A DNA stretch of 64,000 nt, taken from IMG/VR virus record IMGVR_UViG_3300008262_000040; one strand, written 5' to 3'. This stretch comes from a virus. The notes beneath the pieces are model-generated. The model did not search any database and was not told the origin of the DNA. It saw only the letters and a list, made by a program, of their open reading frames with translations. The translations under genes and the position numbers were made by a program. The number at the start of each line of letters is the position of its first letter. Within the stretch, counting starts at the first letter, position 1. Positions 8,602 through 17,514 of the stretch are shown piece by piece.

Positions 8602-8748
8602 TTATTTATTTGGTTCGTTATATAATATGTTTCGTCTCCACCAGCTAGTGAACTTTGTTTTTGGATAACTCATTGCAAATATTTCACCTATTGAAATTAC
8701 TGAAATAATCACAATTGGCAAAAATATTAATATGCGTAAAATAATCAT
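8602..8748 (-). CDS. Small single-TM protein (48 aa)
   Basis: MIILRILIFLPIVIISVISIGEIFAMSYPKTKFTSWWRRN...; ATGA overlap with upstream gene. Confidence 0.55.
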   Translation of the reverse strand: MIILRILIFLPIVIISVISIGEIFAMSYPKTKFTSWWRRNILYNEPNK

Positions 8749-9326
8749 AGTTCAGTTTTTTTTCTACTTTCAATCAAAGCTTTTCCGAATTTGGTACTTG
8801 AGAGATAATCATCCCAATCTTTGAAACCCCGCTCTTGAGCATAAATGTCGTTTTTCTTTCGATAGTACTCTCGCTTTGTTTCGGTATCATTTAGCTTATC
8901 AACAGGTATTCCTAAGTCCTCAGCAACCGCATCTTGGCACCATTTATGGCTGCCTATTTCAATGTTAATAGGCAAGTCGGTTTGTATTGATTCTATAAAA
9001 TCTTCAAACTGACTCGCTGCAACAAATGGCATACAATAAGAACCCTCGTCAACAGCATATCCTGAGTCATTTTGTTTATCAAATATCTCAACTCTTCCCA
9101 CACGGTATCTTTCACCAAGCAGACTGAAAACACCGTAACCAACGGTCGAGTAATAGTATCTCCCAGGATTAGAAACTCCATCCACGTCTATACAACTGGG
9201 ATTAGTTTCCATATAATTAGCGAGCTCGTTTGCTAATTCTTCGTTAGTTAGTTCTTTTCCATCGGTATCAGCCCTTCTTTTGATTTTATCAAGGAACCAT
9301 TTTATATCGTTTCTATTTATCTTCAT
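8745..9326 (-). CDS. Hypothetical protein
   Basis: ORF track. Confidence 0.7.
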   Translation of the reverse strand: MKINRNDIKWFLDKIKRRADTDGKELTNEELANELANYMETNPSCIDVDGVSNPGRYYYSTVGYGVFSLLGERYRVGRVEIFDKQNDSGYAVDEGSYCMPFVAASQFEDFIESIQTDLPINIEIGSHKWCQDAVAEDLGIPVDKLNDTETKREYYRKKNDIYAQERGFKDWDDYLSSTKFGKALIESRKKTEL

Positions 9327-9597
9327 AACTACTTTTAATATTTAATAGGTACATTAAGCACCCTTTATAAATGTAAAGATAGGCCATCCATTTTGGCATC
9401 CATCCAGCTCCTAGTTTTTTATCTTCAAATAGAATATACTTCTTAATAGGCATAACCTCACTCCAATCTAAAGGAGAATCAGCAAACTCTATTGACGCGG
9501 TACTCCAACGGCTTCTGAAGTAGAAGTATTTACCAATGAAATAACCTTCTGCCTGAACTGGGCAATTACCTGATGGTCTGTAGATCCACTTAATCAT
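9313..9597 (-). CDS. Hypothetical protein
   Basis: ORF track; GNCPVQAEG...FYFRSR. Confidence 0.65.
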   Translation of the reverse strand: MIKWIYRPSGNCPVQAEGYFIGKYFYFRSRWSTASIEFADSPLDWSEVMPIKKYILFEDKKLGAGWMPKWMAYLYIYKGCLMYLLNIKSSYEDK

Positions 9598-9600
9598 AGC

Positions 9601-9714
9601 TTATTGTGTTACTAAATGATATAATGTTACTGTAAATAATATCCAAATTGCAGCGTAAATCGCTAACTTAATTAATTCTTTCTTTTGTTCCTGATGTTTT
9701 GTTGTTGTGTTCAT
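9601..9714 (-). CDS. Small single-TM peptide (37 aa)
   Basis: MNTTTKHQEQKKELIKLAIYAAIWIIFTVTLYHLVTQ*. Confidence 0.5.
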   Translation of the reverse strand: MNTTTKHQEQKKELIKLAIYAAIWILFTVTLYHLVTQ

Positions 9715-9733
9715 AACTGTTTGTTTTTATTTT

Positions 9734-10465
9734 TTATCGTATTGATCCCACTTTTATTTTATCGTTCTGTATGATTAAGTACTCTCCACTCGTGCCTAAG
9801 CAATCAATGTTGTAGTACTTGCCACCTGCGGCTTTGTGAATGTGGTTTAAACTTATGCCCGCATTTTCTGTGTGACCGAATATTTGAATGTACATATCCT
9901 TTAGCTCTGTCTTTTTGTTTGCTCTCATAAGCGCAGTTGGTCTAATCCATATCGGAGTCTGTTTATCGTCGTTACCATACGGGTCCCAACCATTGAATGT
10001 AAAGGCGTGTGGCTTGTGCCTAAAGAGTTCATTCAGTTCAACAGAAACGTGATCTATGTTCCAGCCTCCTTTGCCAAATATGTCATCCATAAAAACTGTA
10101 CTTACTCCCGCGTGGGAGAATAAATAGTTCTTAAACTGGTAAGCTATCTGTAGGTGTTCTCTATTTGCATCTATAACCGGTTCGATTTGATACTTACCCA
10201 CTTGCTGATAACCTGAGGTTCCAGTATAACCAATCTCTGGAAAGTAGTGGTGATCGTGGTTACCGATAAGTAAAACAACCTCTTTTCCGCTTCTTTTTTT
10301 AAATTCTAATATGTCTAAAAAGTTGTTAAGCTGAGTTTGGCTATTTATGTCGAACGAATCAAAATAATCTCCGATGAAGATAACCCTATCGGGATCTTCT
10401 AAATTAACCGCTAATTTCCAGAACGAACGTCCATGCGTATCGCCTAGTACTAATGTTTTTTCCAT
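9734..10465 (-). CDS. Calcineurin-like metallophosphoesterase
   Basis: GDTHG, GDYFD, GNHD, SHAG and FGHT motifs. Confidence 0.9.
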   Translation of the reverse strand: MEKTLVLGDTHGRSFWKLAVNLEDPDRVIFIGDYFDSFDINSQTQLNNFLDILEFKKRSGKEVVLLIGNHDHHYFPEIGYTGTSGYQQVGKYQIEPVIDANREHLQIAYQFKNYLFSHAGVSTVFMDDIFGKGGWNIDHVSVELNELFRHKPHAFTFNGWDPYGNDDKQTPIWIRPTALMRANKKTELKDMYIQIFGHTENAGISLNHIHKAAGGKYYNIDCLGTSGEYLIIQNDKIKVGSIR

Positions 10466-10467
10466 AA

Positions 10468-10626
10468 CTAAAAATTATCTTCTGTATGTATTTTATTATC
10501 GTCCCAATTCAAAAAGTCTTCGCCTTTATATTCTGAGTGATTTCGTTTCATGTTATCAATGCCTCTAACCCATAACCAAGATACTAGTGCAATGAAGCAG
10601 AACATTACAAAAAATACTATATACAT
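10468..10626 (-). CDS. Small single-TM protein (52 aa)
   Basis: MYIVFFVMFCFIALVSWLWVRGIDNMKRNHSEYKGEDFL... Confidence 0.55.
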   Translation of the reverse strand: MYIVFFVMFCFIALVSWLWVRGIDNMKRNHSEYKGEDFLNWDDNKIHTEDNF

Positions 10627-10684
10627 TTACAAATTTATTTTATCAGTAAAAATACAAACATTATTCTATGTTGTAAAAACTATC

Positions 10685-11620
10685 TTATTGGTTCACACCG
10701 TTTTCCAAAGAGAAGCTAGTTTCTGAGTCGCTTTCTTCAGTCAACGTACCATATTGTATCTCGTTATTGGTAAGTTGATAACCGAATCTGATGCCCGCCT
10801 GTCCGTTACGATTCTTTGAAAACATTATGTATGTACCACCTCCATCGCGTTCAGACTCTCTCTTCATTTCCATGTGAGCGTCGGTGATGTGCTTCATCTT
10901 GTTACTTCCAACGAACACCCCGTTTTTAGTAACTTGTTGTACAAGCATAAATGTTGTATACACTTTTCTTTTGTTATTGGCCTCATTGTTCTTAACGCAA
11001 AGGTCTATCAACCACTTCTCAGCTGTCATTTGAGACATTCCGTTGTCCTCTTTAACCGATTCGAGTACTTCGACGATGCTGTCAACGAGAACGTAATCGT
11101 AACCTTGACTCATCAGCTTTTCCATAACCTCTTTAAAGTTAACGTGCATGTAGTCTGAGGAGAATATCGTATCAACCTCACCAAACACTGGAAACCTACG
11201 CATGTATTTGAACATTTGAATCTTTGACATTTCAGCGCAAACGAACAAACACTTTAATTTCGGGTTCTTTTTCTGTAAGTTAGAAAGCGTGTGAAGCAAT
11301 AGTGTAGTCTTTCCTACCCCCGGGTCACCTGTACACATTATGTTTGTACCTACGGGTATACCGCCTTCGTGTGAGAATATAGTATCTACTATAAGTCCGG
11401 TGGAGTTACACTTCAACATGTTATCGTTGACGTCCAAATCTCCTAAACGAATAACTTTATCGAGAGACACCTCTTCTTGTTTTGCCACCTTAACGCCTTT
11501 TTTGATAGTGTGAGACCTCTTACCTTTGTTTGCTAAATATTCGTCTACTGTAATACCATATTCTTTAGCCTTTAATTTTGCGTAGTACATTTGCCCGTAG
11601 GATAACTTGCTTTTTTGCAT
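10685..11620 (-). CDS. RadA/Sms-like RecA-fold ATPase (ATPase domain only)
   Basis: Walker A GDPGVGKT, Walker B VLVDS, QVTKNG, KNRNG; ATG at 11620. Confidence 0.8.
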   Translation of the reverse strand: MQKSKLSYGQMYYAKLKAKEYGITVDEYLANKGKRSHTIKKGVKVAKQEEVSLDKVIRLGDLDVNDNMLKCNSTGLIVDTIFSHEGGIPVGTNIMCTGDPGVGKTTLLLHTLSNLQKKNPKLKCLFVCAEMSKIQMFKYMRRFPVFGEVDTIFSSDYMHVNFKEVMEKLMSQGYDYVLVDSIVEVLESVKEDNGMSQMTAEKWLIDLCVKNNEANNKRKVYTTFMLVQQVTKNGVFVGSNKMKHITDAHMEMKRESERDGGGTYIMFSKNRNGQAGIRFGYQLTNNEIQYGTLTEESDSETSFSLENGVNQ

Positions 11621-11707
11621 AACTATATACACTCGCTGTTTTGTCAGCGATGAAATGTAAAATTACGAAAAGCTTTTGATACTTTAAAATTTGGTGGAAA
11701 ATAGTCT

Positions 11708-11775
11708 ATTGGTTTCCAATCAAGAATTTATAACTCGTTGGTTTCCAATGGTTTAGCAACTCGTTGGTTATCAAT
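11708..11775. repeat. Three copies of a semi-palindromic TTGGTT(T/A)(C/T)CAAT motif
   Basis: Copies at 11709-11720, 11738-11749 and 11764-11775; the last two are preceded by AACTCG. Confidence 0.75.
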
Positions 11776-11889
11776 GACTTGCACCCGGAGCTGTTTGGGA
11801 GCTCATGGGCAAGCTAGTTTTTTGGCTAATGTTTCTATAAGTCTAAGGATTTGGGCTTAGTGGATGAGACCGGGTGAGTATTGACAATG

Positions 11890-12165
11890 TTATTTATTGG
11901 GCCTAGCTATGTACTCAAGTATGATTCTGGATAGCTCTTGAATAGCTTTTGTGTTCTCTTGAACTAAGTTTGCCATTCTATCCCGTTCCTCGCTCATAAG
12001 TTCGATCATTTCGCTTTGAAGACGATCCACCTTCTTTTCTAAGTCTTGATTTTTCTTCTCTAGTCTTTGCCACTGACTATACGCAAAATATCCTAAAATT
12101 AGCGCTACAACCCCGAGTATACCGTACTGTAAAAATTCAGAGGTTAACATTCCAGTGTTATTCAT
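11890..12165 (-). CDS. Holin-like protein (BhlA/UviB-like: one TM plus coiled coil)
   Basis: FLQYGILGVVALILGYF followed by a coiled coil; late motif upstream at 12241-12249. Confidence 0.5.
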   Translation of the reverse strand: MNNTGMLTSEFLQYGILGVVALILGYFAYSQWQRLEKKNQDLEKKVDRLQSEMIELMSEERDRMANLVQENTKAIQELSRIILEYIARPNK

Positions 12166-12261
12166 TCCTTAGTTTTTCTTTTTATCTACAATTTCTTTTG
12201 TCCACAAAAACTAATTGATTTTTTAGTAGTTCTATTTGACTATAAATATACTTTATTTTTA

Positions 12262-12648
12262 TTAAAATAAGTAACCAAAAAACATTTTTAATTCTTTCAA
12301 ACACTTATCGCTATCTCTATCTGCAATTAGTTTTGCTTGTATCTCAAAAGGGTGATCGTCGTAATCGTATTGATCTGCTAACTTCTGATATTGAGCGTCT
12401 GATTGTGTGTAGTGTACGTACTCTTCTATGACGGTGCTTATTAAATACTTTATATCCCCTGTATTCTTTATCTCACTGTTTACATATATACAATTCTCTA
12501 TAGGTTCGTAGTATCCGTCCAAATCTAATTCGTCGTAGTCTGTGAATTTCTTAAAAGAGAACGATGGATAGTTTGCGTATTTAGACCTACCGTATTTTGT
12601 TTTACACCAATCGAATATTCGTTTAACGTGTCCTTTGTGTATTCTCAT
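12262..12648 (-). CDS. Zincin-like protein with degenerate motif (EEYVH)
   Basis: TVIEEYVHYTQ...HPFEIQA. Confidence 0.55.
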   Translation of the reverse strand: MRIHKGHVKRIFDWCKTKYGRSKYANYPSFSFKKFTDYDELDLDGYYEPIENCIYVNSEIKNTGDIKYLISTVIEEYVHYTQSDAQYQKLADQYDYDDHPFEIQAKLIADRDSDKCLKELKMFFGYLF

Positions 12649-13250
12649 ATCTTTGATTTTAAGAATGCGGACTCAACCCTTTTGCTCATCTTCTTGTAAT
12701 TCATTCTAAATACCTTTGGCATAGCCTGTATTACAGATTGATTGTTATAAGGAGTATTTTTAGGATCTGACCAACGTCTTGTAATCTTTATGTAGTTATA
12801 AAACTGTACGTAAGCATTTGCCTTTCTTGTGTAGTCGTCGACGTTAATTAAGCTACTAAGATCGAAGGACTTTATTATACCAACCGACCTCTTTTCATTA
12901 TCTAACTCTAGTTCTTTAACCAAGTCTATATGTCTTTTATAGCCCTTAACTGACTTTCCGTTTAACCACTGATCCATTTTATTTACTGAGTCTAGTTTAC
13001 TTACTTTTTTCCATATTTTACAGTTATCTACCCACTGAGTAAGATGAGCGTACTCGTGCACCAATATCTGAAGCCAATCCTTTTTATTGGTTGCGCAGGC
13101 TAAAACCTTTCCAGTCTCATCAAAATACCCTGAGCACTTGATATTACCAGATAGTTTTAGGTATTTTACAGGCCTCAAACTACATTTCACACCGTACTTC
13201 TTACACTCTGATTTAACGTAATCAACAAACGCTCTCTCTTTTTTTGTCAT
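12645..13250 (-). CDS. Zincin-like metallopeptidase
   Basis: LVHEYAHLTQ HExxH motif; downstream ELE. Confidence 0.65.
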   Translation of the reverse strand: MTKKERAFVDYVKSECKKYGVKCSLRPVKYLKLSGNIKCSGYFDETGKVLACATNKKDWLQILVHEYAHLTQWVDNCKIWKKVSKLDSVNKMDQWLNGKSVKGYKRHIDLVKELELDNEKRSVGIIKSFDLSSLINVDDYTRKANAYVQFYNYIKITRRWSDPKNTPYNNQSVIQAMPKVFRMNYKKMSKRVESAFLKSKI

Positions 13251-13253
13251 TTT

Positions 13254-13658
13254 TTAATAGTTTTTTAGTTCGTTTTTTAATTGAGATAAAGACATTAGCG
13301 CTACTCCAAAAATAGAAAGCACTATCAGTAATATAGTATAAACAAACAGCGAACACGACCATATCAGAAACCCAAAGATCACCATTTTAATGAATGTCAA
13401 AAATATTTCTAAGCTTGGTAGTGTATCAACAAATAAACTTATTATCCATAGCAATAGCGTTGTTGAATATATGGCTATTGTTGCATATATAGACATCATT
13501 GAAAACTTCTTTAAAACGTAAGATGCATGAAACCAAAACTTGGTATCGGGAGCAATTGCAATAATAAGTAAAGATATCGGTAGAAATATTAATAATCCGA
13601 ATACTGAAAATAAATTCAGATACACCGATACTAGTGTAACGTAGTAACTTATATTCAT
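13254..13658 (-). CDS. Multi-TM membrane protein
   Basis: Three to four hydrophobic segments. Confidence 0.6.
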   Translation of the reverse strand: MNISYYVTLVSVYLNLFSVFGLLIFLPISLLIIAIAPDTKFWFHASYVLKKFSMMSIYATIAIYSTTLLLWIISLFVDTLPSLEIFLTFIKMVIFGFLIWSCSLFVYTILLIVLSIFGVALMSLSQLKNELKNY

Positions 13659-13734
13659 AACCTTAATTTGTTGAGATAGATAAATATACTAAACTTTGGG
13701 ATAAGGATAAAATTAAAGTTTCCAGTGACTCCCC

Positions 13735-14475
13735 CTATACGTAATCTACAAAGTCAGAAAAGTCTTCTGTGGATTTTAGATTCTTGTCTGCCTTTTCCAC
13801 GCTCTCTTTGTTTAGGGTGTCAACTTCCATACCCAATTTTTTAATGTGATCCACGTAGAAGTCGTCAAGCTGGTAAAAGTCCTTCTTCTCTTGCTTTGCC
13901 TGAGGTAGATTCATGGATATAGTTTCAACCTTTTCTACAACAGAGTCCTCAAAGAAGTCTAAGCAGTGTAAGAAAGCGCAGTTGTAACACACGAATTCTA
14001 AATTCTGTATTCTCCAATCTGTCTTATCACCGTTCTTGAAATTAAGCATGAGTGGTGGCTTGTTGTCTTCAACCCGTCTTTCGTCGAATTCGCACCTGTA
14101 ACAAACCTCTTGTAACTTTTGGTGTTCAACCAAATTGTGTTTTAGCTTAAGCACCCTTTCTGGAGAATACTTTTGATCTGGTAGCAGTATGTTTTCCCAG
14201 TTTATTCTTTGCTTTCCTCCAACCCAAGTTCTGCCTATGACGCCTTTCATGGCTTGATTCATGTGTAGGTCGAATAGGTTTTTTCCAGTTTCTGGATCTC
14301 TATAAGCCTTTGCATACTTCTTGTACGTAGGATAACTGACTTCTAAAAACTCAGCGGCCTTTTTGTTTGAAGTTGTGTTCGCCATTGCTCTGCGTATCTC
14401 CTCCTCTGTTATCTCTATGCCCTTGTATACCCAGTTCCCTATTTGGTTTTCGAACTTCTTTTCGTTTTCCATCAC
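13735..14475 (-). CDS. HTH plus degenerate HNH-like zinc-binding protein
   Basis: KAAEFLEVSYPTYKKY HTH; CYRC...LNFKNGDKTDWRIQNLEFVCYNC. Confidence 0.65.
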   Translation of the reverse strand: MMENEKKFENQIGNWVYKGIEITEEEIRRAMANTTSNKKAAEFLEVSYPTYKKYAKAYRDPETGKNLFDLHMNQAMKGVIGRTWVGGKQRINWENILLPDQKYSPERVLKLKHNLVEHQKLQEVCYRCEFDERRVEDNKPPLMLNFKNGDKTDWRIQNLEFVCYNCAFLHCLDFFEDSVVEKVETISMNLPQAKQEKKDFYQLDDFYVDHIKKLGMEVDTLNKESVEKADKNLKSTEDFSDFVDYV

Positions 14476-14879
14476 TCTATTTTTGGATTCACTCGTCTCA
14501 TTAAGTTATAGAGATCGTACGCGTTTTCTAAAAAAACCTCTTCGCCGGTTTCTTCTATCAAAACAGGATTTATTGTACCGTCATCTGGATTGATGCGTTC
14601 GAACAGATAAAACGAAACGAGTTGATAACAGTCCTTACCGTAATTCATGTATATGAGCGCGTCAATAATCTCCAAAAACTTCTCGTCGTAATTGTTCATA
14701 TCTATGTTCAATTCGTAAGAAGCTAAGTAAGATCTAGCTTGTATCTCTTCCAAACCGTTTATCACTTGCTTAAACAGTTCCATCTTCTTATCAGATTCCG
14801 AACGCTTTCTTCGTCTTATTATAGAGCTAGTGTTTAGTATGGAATCTATCGCTATCTTTAACTCTTTATACTGTTCCAT
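14472..14879 (-). CDS. Conserved hypothetical protein
   Basis: ORF track. Confidence 0.7.
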   Translation of the reverse strand: MEQYKELKIAIDSILNTSSIIRRRKRSESDKKMELFKQVINGLEEIQARSYLASYELNIDMNNYDEKFLEIIDALIYMNYGKDCYQLVSFYLFERINPDDGTINPVLIEETGEEVFLENAYDLYNLMRRVNPKIE

Positions 14880-15216
14880 TATTCGCTTCTTTTACGATTT
14901 TAGTTTGTTTTTTCTGTAATCTCGTTATAATTTCATTTATCCTTGAACACTCTGCGTAATCTTCTTTAGATACATTTTCTGATAAACACACGGAAAGAGC
15001 TGACACCCAGTCTCGTTTGTGTATCTCAACATAATGACCACTGTTGTTTATTTCGAATATAGATGCGTAGGTGCTATTTGTTTTAATAGCCTCTTCTATG
15101 GCATTAGGTGTTTCTTTATACACTAACTTAGTTAGAGTTTCAGAAGATAGAAGTTCTGTAGAAGTATAGCGTTCAACTCCATCGAGGATAGCCCGTATTT
15201 TTCTTTGCTTTGGCAT
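14866..15216 (-). CDS. Hypothetical protein with UVR-like C-terminal motif
   Basis: EDYAECSRINEII. Confidence 0.55.
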   Translation of the reverse strand: MPKQRKIRAILDGVERYTSTELLSSETLTKLVYKETPNAIEEAIKTNSTYASIFEINNSGHYVEIHKRDWVSALSVCLSENVSKEDYAECSRINEIITRLQKKQTKIVKEANNGTV

Positions 15217-15235
15217 AACTTGTTAATTTGTTTTG

Positions 15236-15541
15236 TTATTGACCCTTTAGCATGTTCATCATTATATTTGATACTGCGCTTAGAGGGATTATGTAGCTGA
15301 TAACGTTTTTGTATGGATTCCTTTCGTTGTAATCGATAGCTATTCCAGCATCTCCGTACTTCTTTTGCAATACAACGCTGAGTTTGTTTGCTAAGTCCTG
15401 CTTATCTCTTTCGTCAGCGAAATCTTCTTTACTTACGAACTGCATGTTTACACCCAACTTCGTAGGAGCATCAGATATATCGAATTGCAAAATTAGATTC
15501 TTGCCTGCTATTGTTATTGGGTATTGTGGTTTTACTGCCAT
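15236..15541 (-). CDS. Conserved hypothetical protein
   Basis: ORF track; late motif at 15557-15565. Confidence 0.7.
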   Translation of the reverse strand: MAVKPQYPITIAGKNLILQFDISDAPTKLGVNMQFVSKEDFADERDKQDLANKLSVVLQKKYGDAGIAIDYNERNPYKNVISYIIPLSAVSNIMMNMLKGQ

Positions 15542-15565
15542 TTTATTTCTCTTTTGTATAAATAT

Positions 15566-16765
15566 CTATAATTTTATCAACTTACTTGTATAATACTCGT
15601 CTGTTAAATTTATTAATTTATTTTCATAAGTAGTCATATCGTTTATTGTTACTGTAAATATATCCAACTGAAACTTTCCAACTTCCCCCGAGTCTTTAAT
15701 TATGTCTGACAATTGCTGAATTAACTGGAAGTTTTGATTGTTTAATAACTTTGCATCGAACTCAACTACAATGTCATTTTCAGAAAATGGATCATTAGTT
15801 GTTATTGTCAACACTCGTTTACTTAAATCAAATACTGTATCTTTTTGTTCTTTTTCTAAATAAGCAATAGTAATTACTTGCATATCGTCTTCTATGTATA
15901 TTCTATCACACCACGGTTCTAGAACTTCTAAAATTTGTAAGTTGCAGTTACGAACGATAAAAGCTACGTTATACTTTGAAGATATTATAGGGTGCTGATA
16001 CTCGTCGTTTTTTATCCAACTTCCCCATCGTCTAAGATAGTGCCTCATCGCATTGTTTCTCATCTTGTGAAAAGCTTCATCGCTAGTGACCTTCTCAATA
16101 CCGTCCTGAAATTGACCGCCTCTGCATGTTAAGTGATAAACAAATGCTTCCCATGTTTGAATCACTTCATATCCATTAAGTATGAATCTATTGAAAATGT
16201 CACTATCTTCGTGATAAGAATGAAAATCCTCGTCATGAATTCCAAGACCAATCACGTCTTTTTTGTAACAGGCCCAAGGCGCAAATATTCCGTTAGTTGT
16301 TTTATTTTTATAGTGTTCTAAGGCTTTAATTACATAATCGTCAAAACCAGCTTTATTAAAATCTTCCGGATACATTCCAAAATCTTCTATAATCTTTTCT
16401 GATGCTTTGGGATGTAAAGGCGGTTCAATCCTCGTTGCACTAACAACAGTATTGTGTTTTAAATATTTTAATATTGCTACATCAAATCCTTTAGCCATGT
16501 ACATATCTGCGTGAAAAGTACAAACTATATCAGTGTTAGCTGCTTCTATGCATCTATTATAGCCATACGCTATTCCCCTTGGTTTTTGAGTATTATTTTT
16601 TATGTATGTTATTCCATTATCTTTTAACCAAATTTCTGTACCATCGTTGTCTGCATCTACATACACGACTATATCATTTTTTGTCGTCGAATTACTCCGT
16701 ATAGATTCAATACAGCTTTTGAGGTATCTTAAATTATTTTTGCTTGGTATACAAAATGTTAACAT
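15566..16765 (-). CDS. Glycosyltransferase, family 2
   Basis: TFCIPSKNN...DGT, FHADM, EDSDIFNR. Confidence 0.85.
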   Translation of the reverse strand: MLTFCIPSKNNLRYLKSCIESIRSNSTTKNDIVVYVDADNDGTEIWLKDNGITYIKNNTQKPRGIAYGYNRCIEAANTDIVCTFHADMYMAKGFDVAILKYLKHNTVVSATRIEPPLHPKASEKIIEDFGMYPEDFNKAGFDDYVIKALEHYKNKTTNGIFAPWACYKKDVIGLGIHDEDFHSYHEDSDIFNRFILNGYEVIQTWEAFVYHLTCRGGQFQDGIEKVTSDEAFHKMRNNAMRHYLRRWGSWIKNDEYQHPIISSKYNVAFIVRNCNLQILEVLEPWCDRIYIEDDMQVITIAYLEKEQKDTVFDLSKRVLTITTNDPFSENDIVVEFDAKLLNNQNFQLIQQLSDIIKDSGEVGKFQLDIFTVTINDMTTYENKLINLTDEYYTSKLIKL

Positions 16766-16777
16766 GTGTTATTTGTT

Positions 16778-17503
16778 TTATATTAAATTATAACTTTCTC
16801 CGTATTCTCTTAGTTTCCAATAAACCTCGTTGTATTTAGAGTTTTTAAAATACTCAAACATATTGGTATCAGCGTTTCTACAGAAATCTTGAATGCCTAT
16901 GTTTATTTTATTTTGTTTAAACGTTTGTGAATTTAGATGACATATAGTATTGTTGTCTGATACTATAGTTAATAAATTGTTTTCTTCAGTTACACAACCA
17001 GTATAAAAGTCTAATCCCCAACCGTACATCAACTCTTGAGGATATTGTCTTATCAATTCCAAAACGTCCCTTCTTATTAATGGACACTGAAAATCTATCC
17101 ATTTAACTTGTCTAAGTCCTTTACCCCAATTTAGCATCTGTTTCCAGTGACATTGCTCTATCGAAGCGTTTATGACCGAAGGAGAATAAACAGCAGCGTT
17201 TGATTCTTTTGCCTCTTTTAAAGATCTACTTAAAAAATCGTAACCGTGAAATATCAAATCATTGTTTAAGAAGTAAAGATACTCATGATTAGTATTTAAG
17301 AAGTATTCCAAAACTACATTAAATCCTCCTCCAAAAAAAATATTCTCTTCAAGTCTGTGTGTTGTAGACTTAGCAAAAGATTCTGATGATCCGTTGTCTA
17401 CAACCATCAATTCACACGAAATGAAGCATGGATCTCTTTTCAACTGTTTGATTAGGTTATCTGTTAATTCTGGTAGGTTGTGGTTTAGTGTTGCTATTAA
17501 CAT
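16778..17503 (-). CDS. Glycosyltransferase, family 2-like
   Basis: VVDNGS, FLNNDL, GWGLD. Confidence 0.8.
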   Translation of the reverse strand: MLIATLNHNLPELTDNLIKQLKRDPCFISCELMVVDNGSSESFAKSTTHRLEENIFFGGGFNVVLEYFLNTNHEYLYFLNNDLIFHGYDFLSRSLKEAKESNAAVYSPSVINASIEQCHWKQMLNWGKGLRQVKWIDFQCPLIRRDVLELIRQYPQELMYGWGLDFYTGCVTEENNLLTIVSDNNTICHLNSQTFKQNKINIGIQDFCRNADTNMFEYFKNSKYNEVYWKLREYGESYNLI

Positions 17504-17514
17504 TGCGAGTTATA

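Noticed and set aside
11708-11775. CRISPR mini-array
   Set aside because: Repeats are only 12-18 bp with 8-17 bp gaps; no cas operon. The Cas4-like nuclease at 29659 is a typical stand-alone phage exonuclease.
11782-11876. tRNA gene
   Set aside because: Cloverleaf-like, but no TTC T-loop, D-loop GG placement or canonical arm lengths; kept only as an ncRNA candidate.
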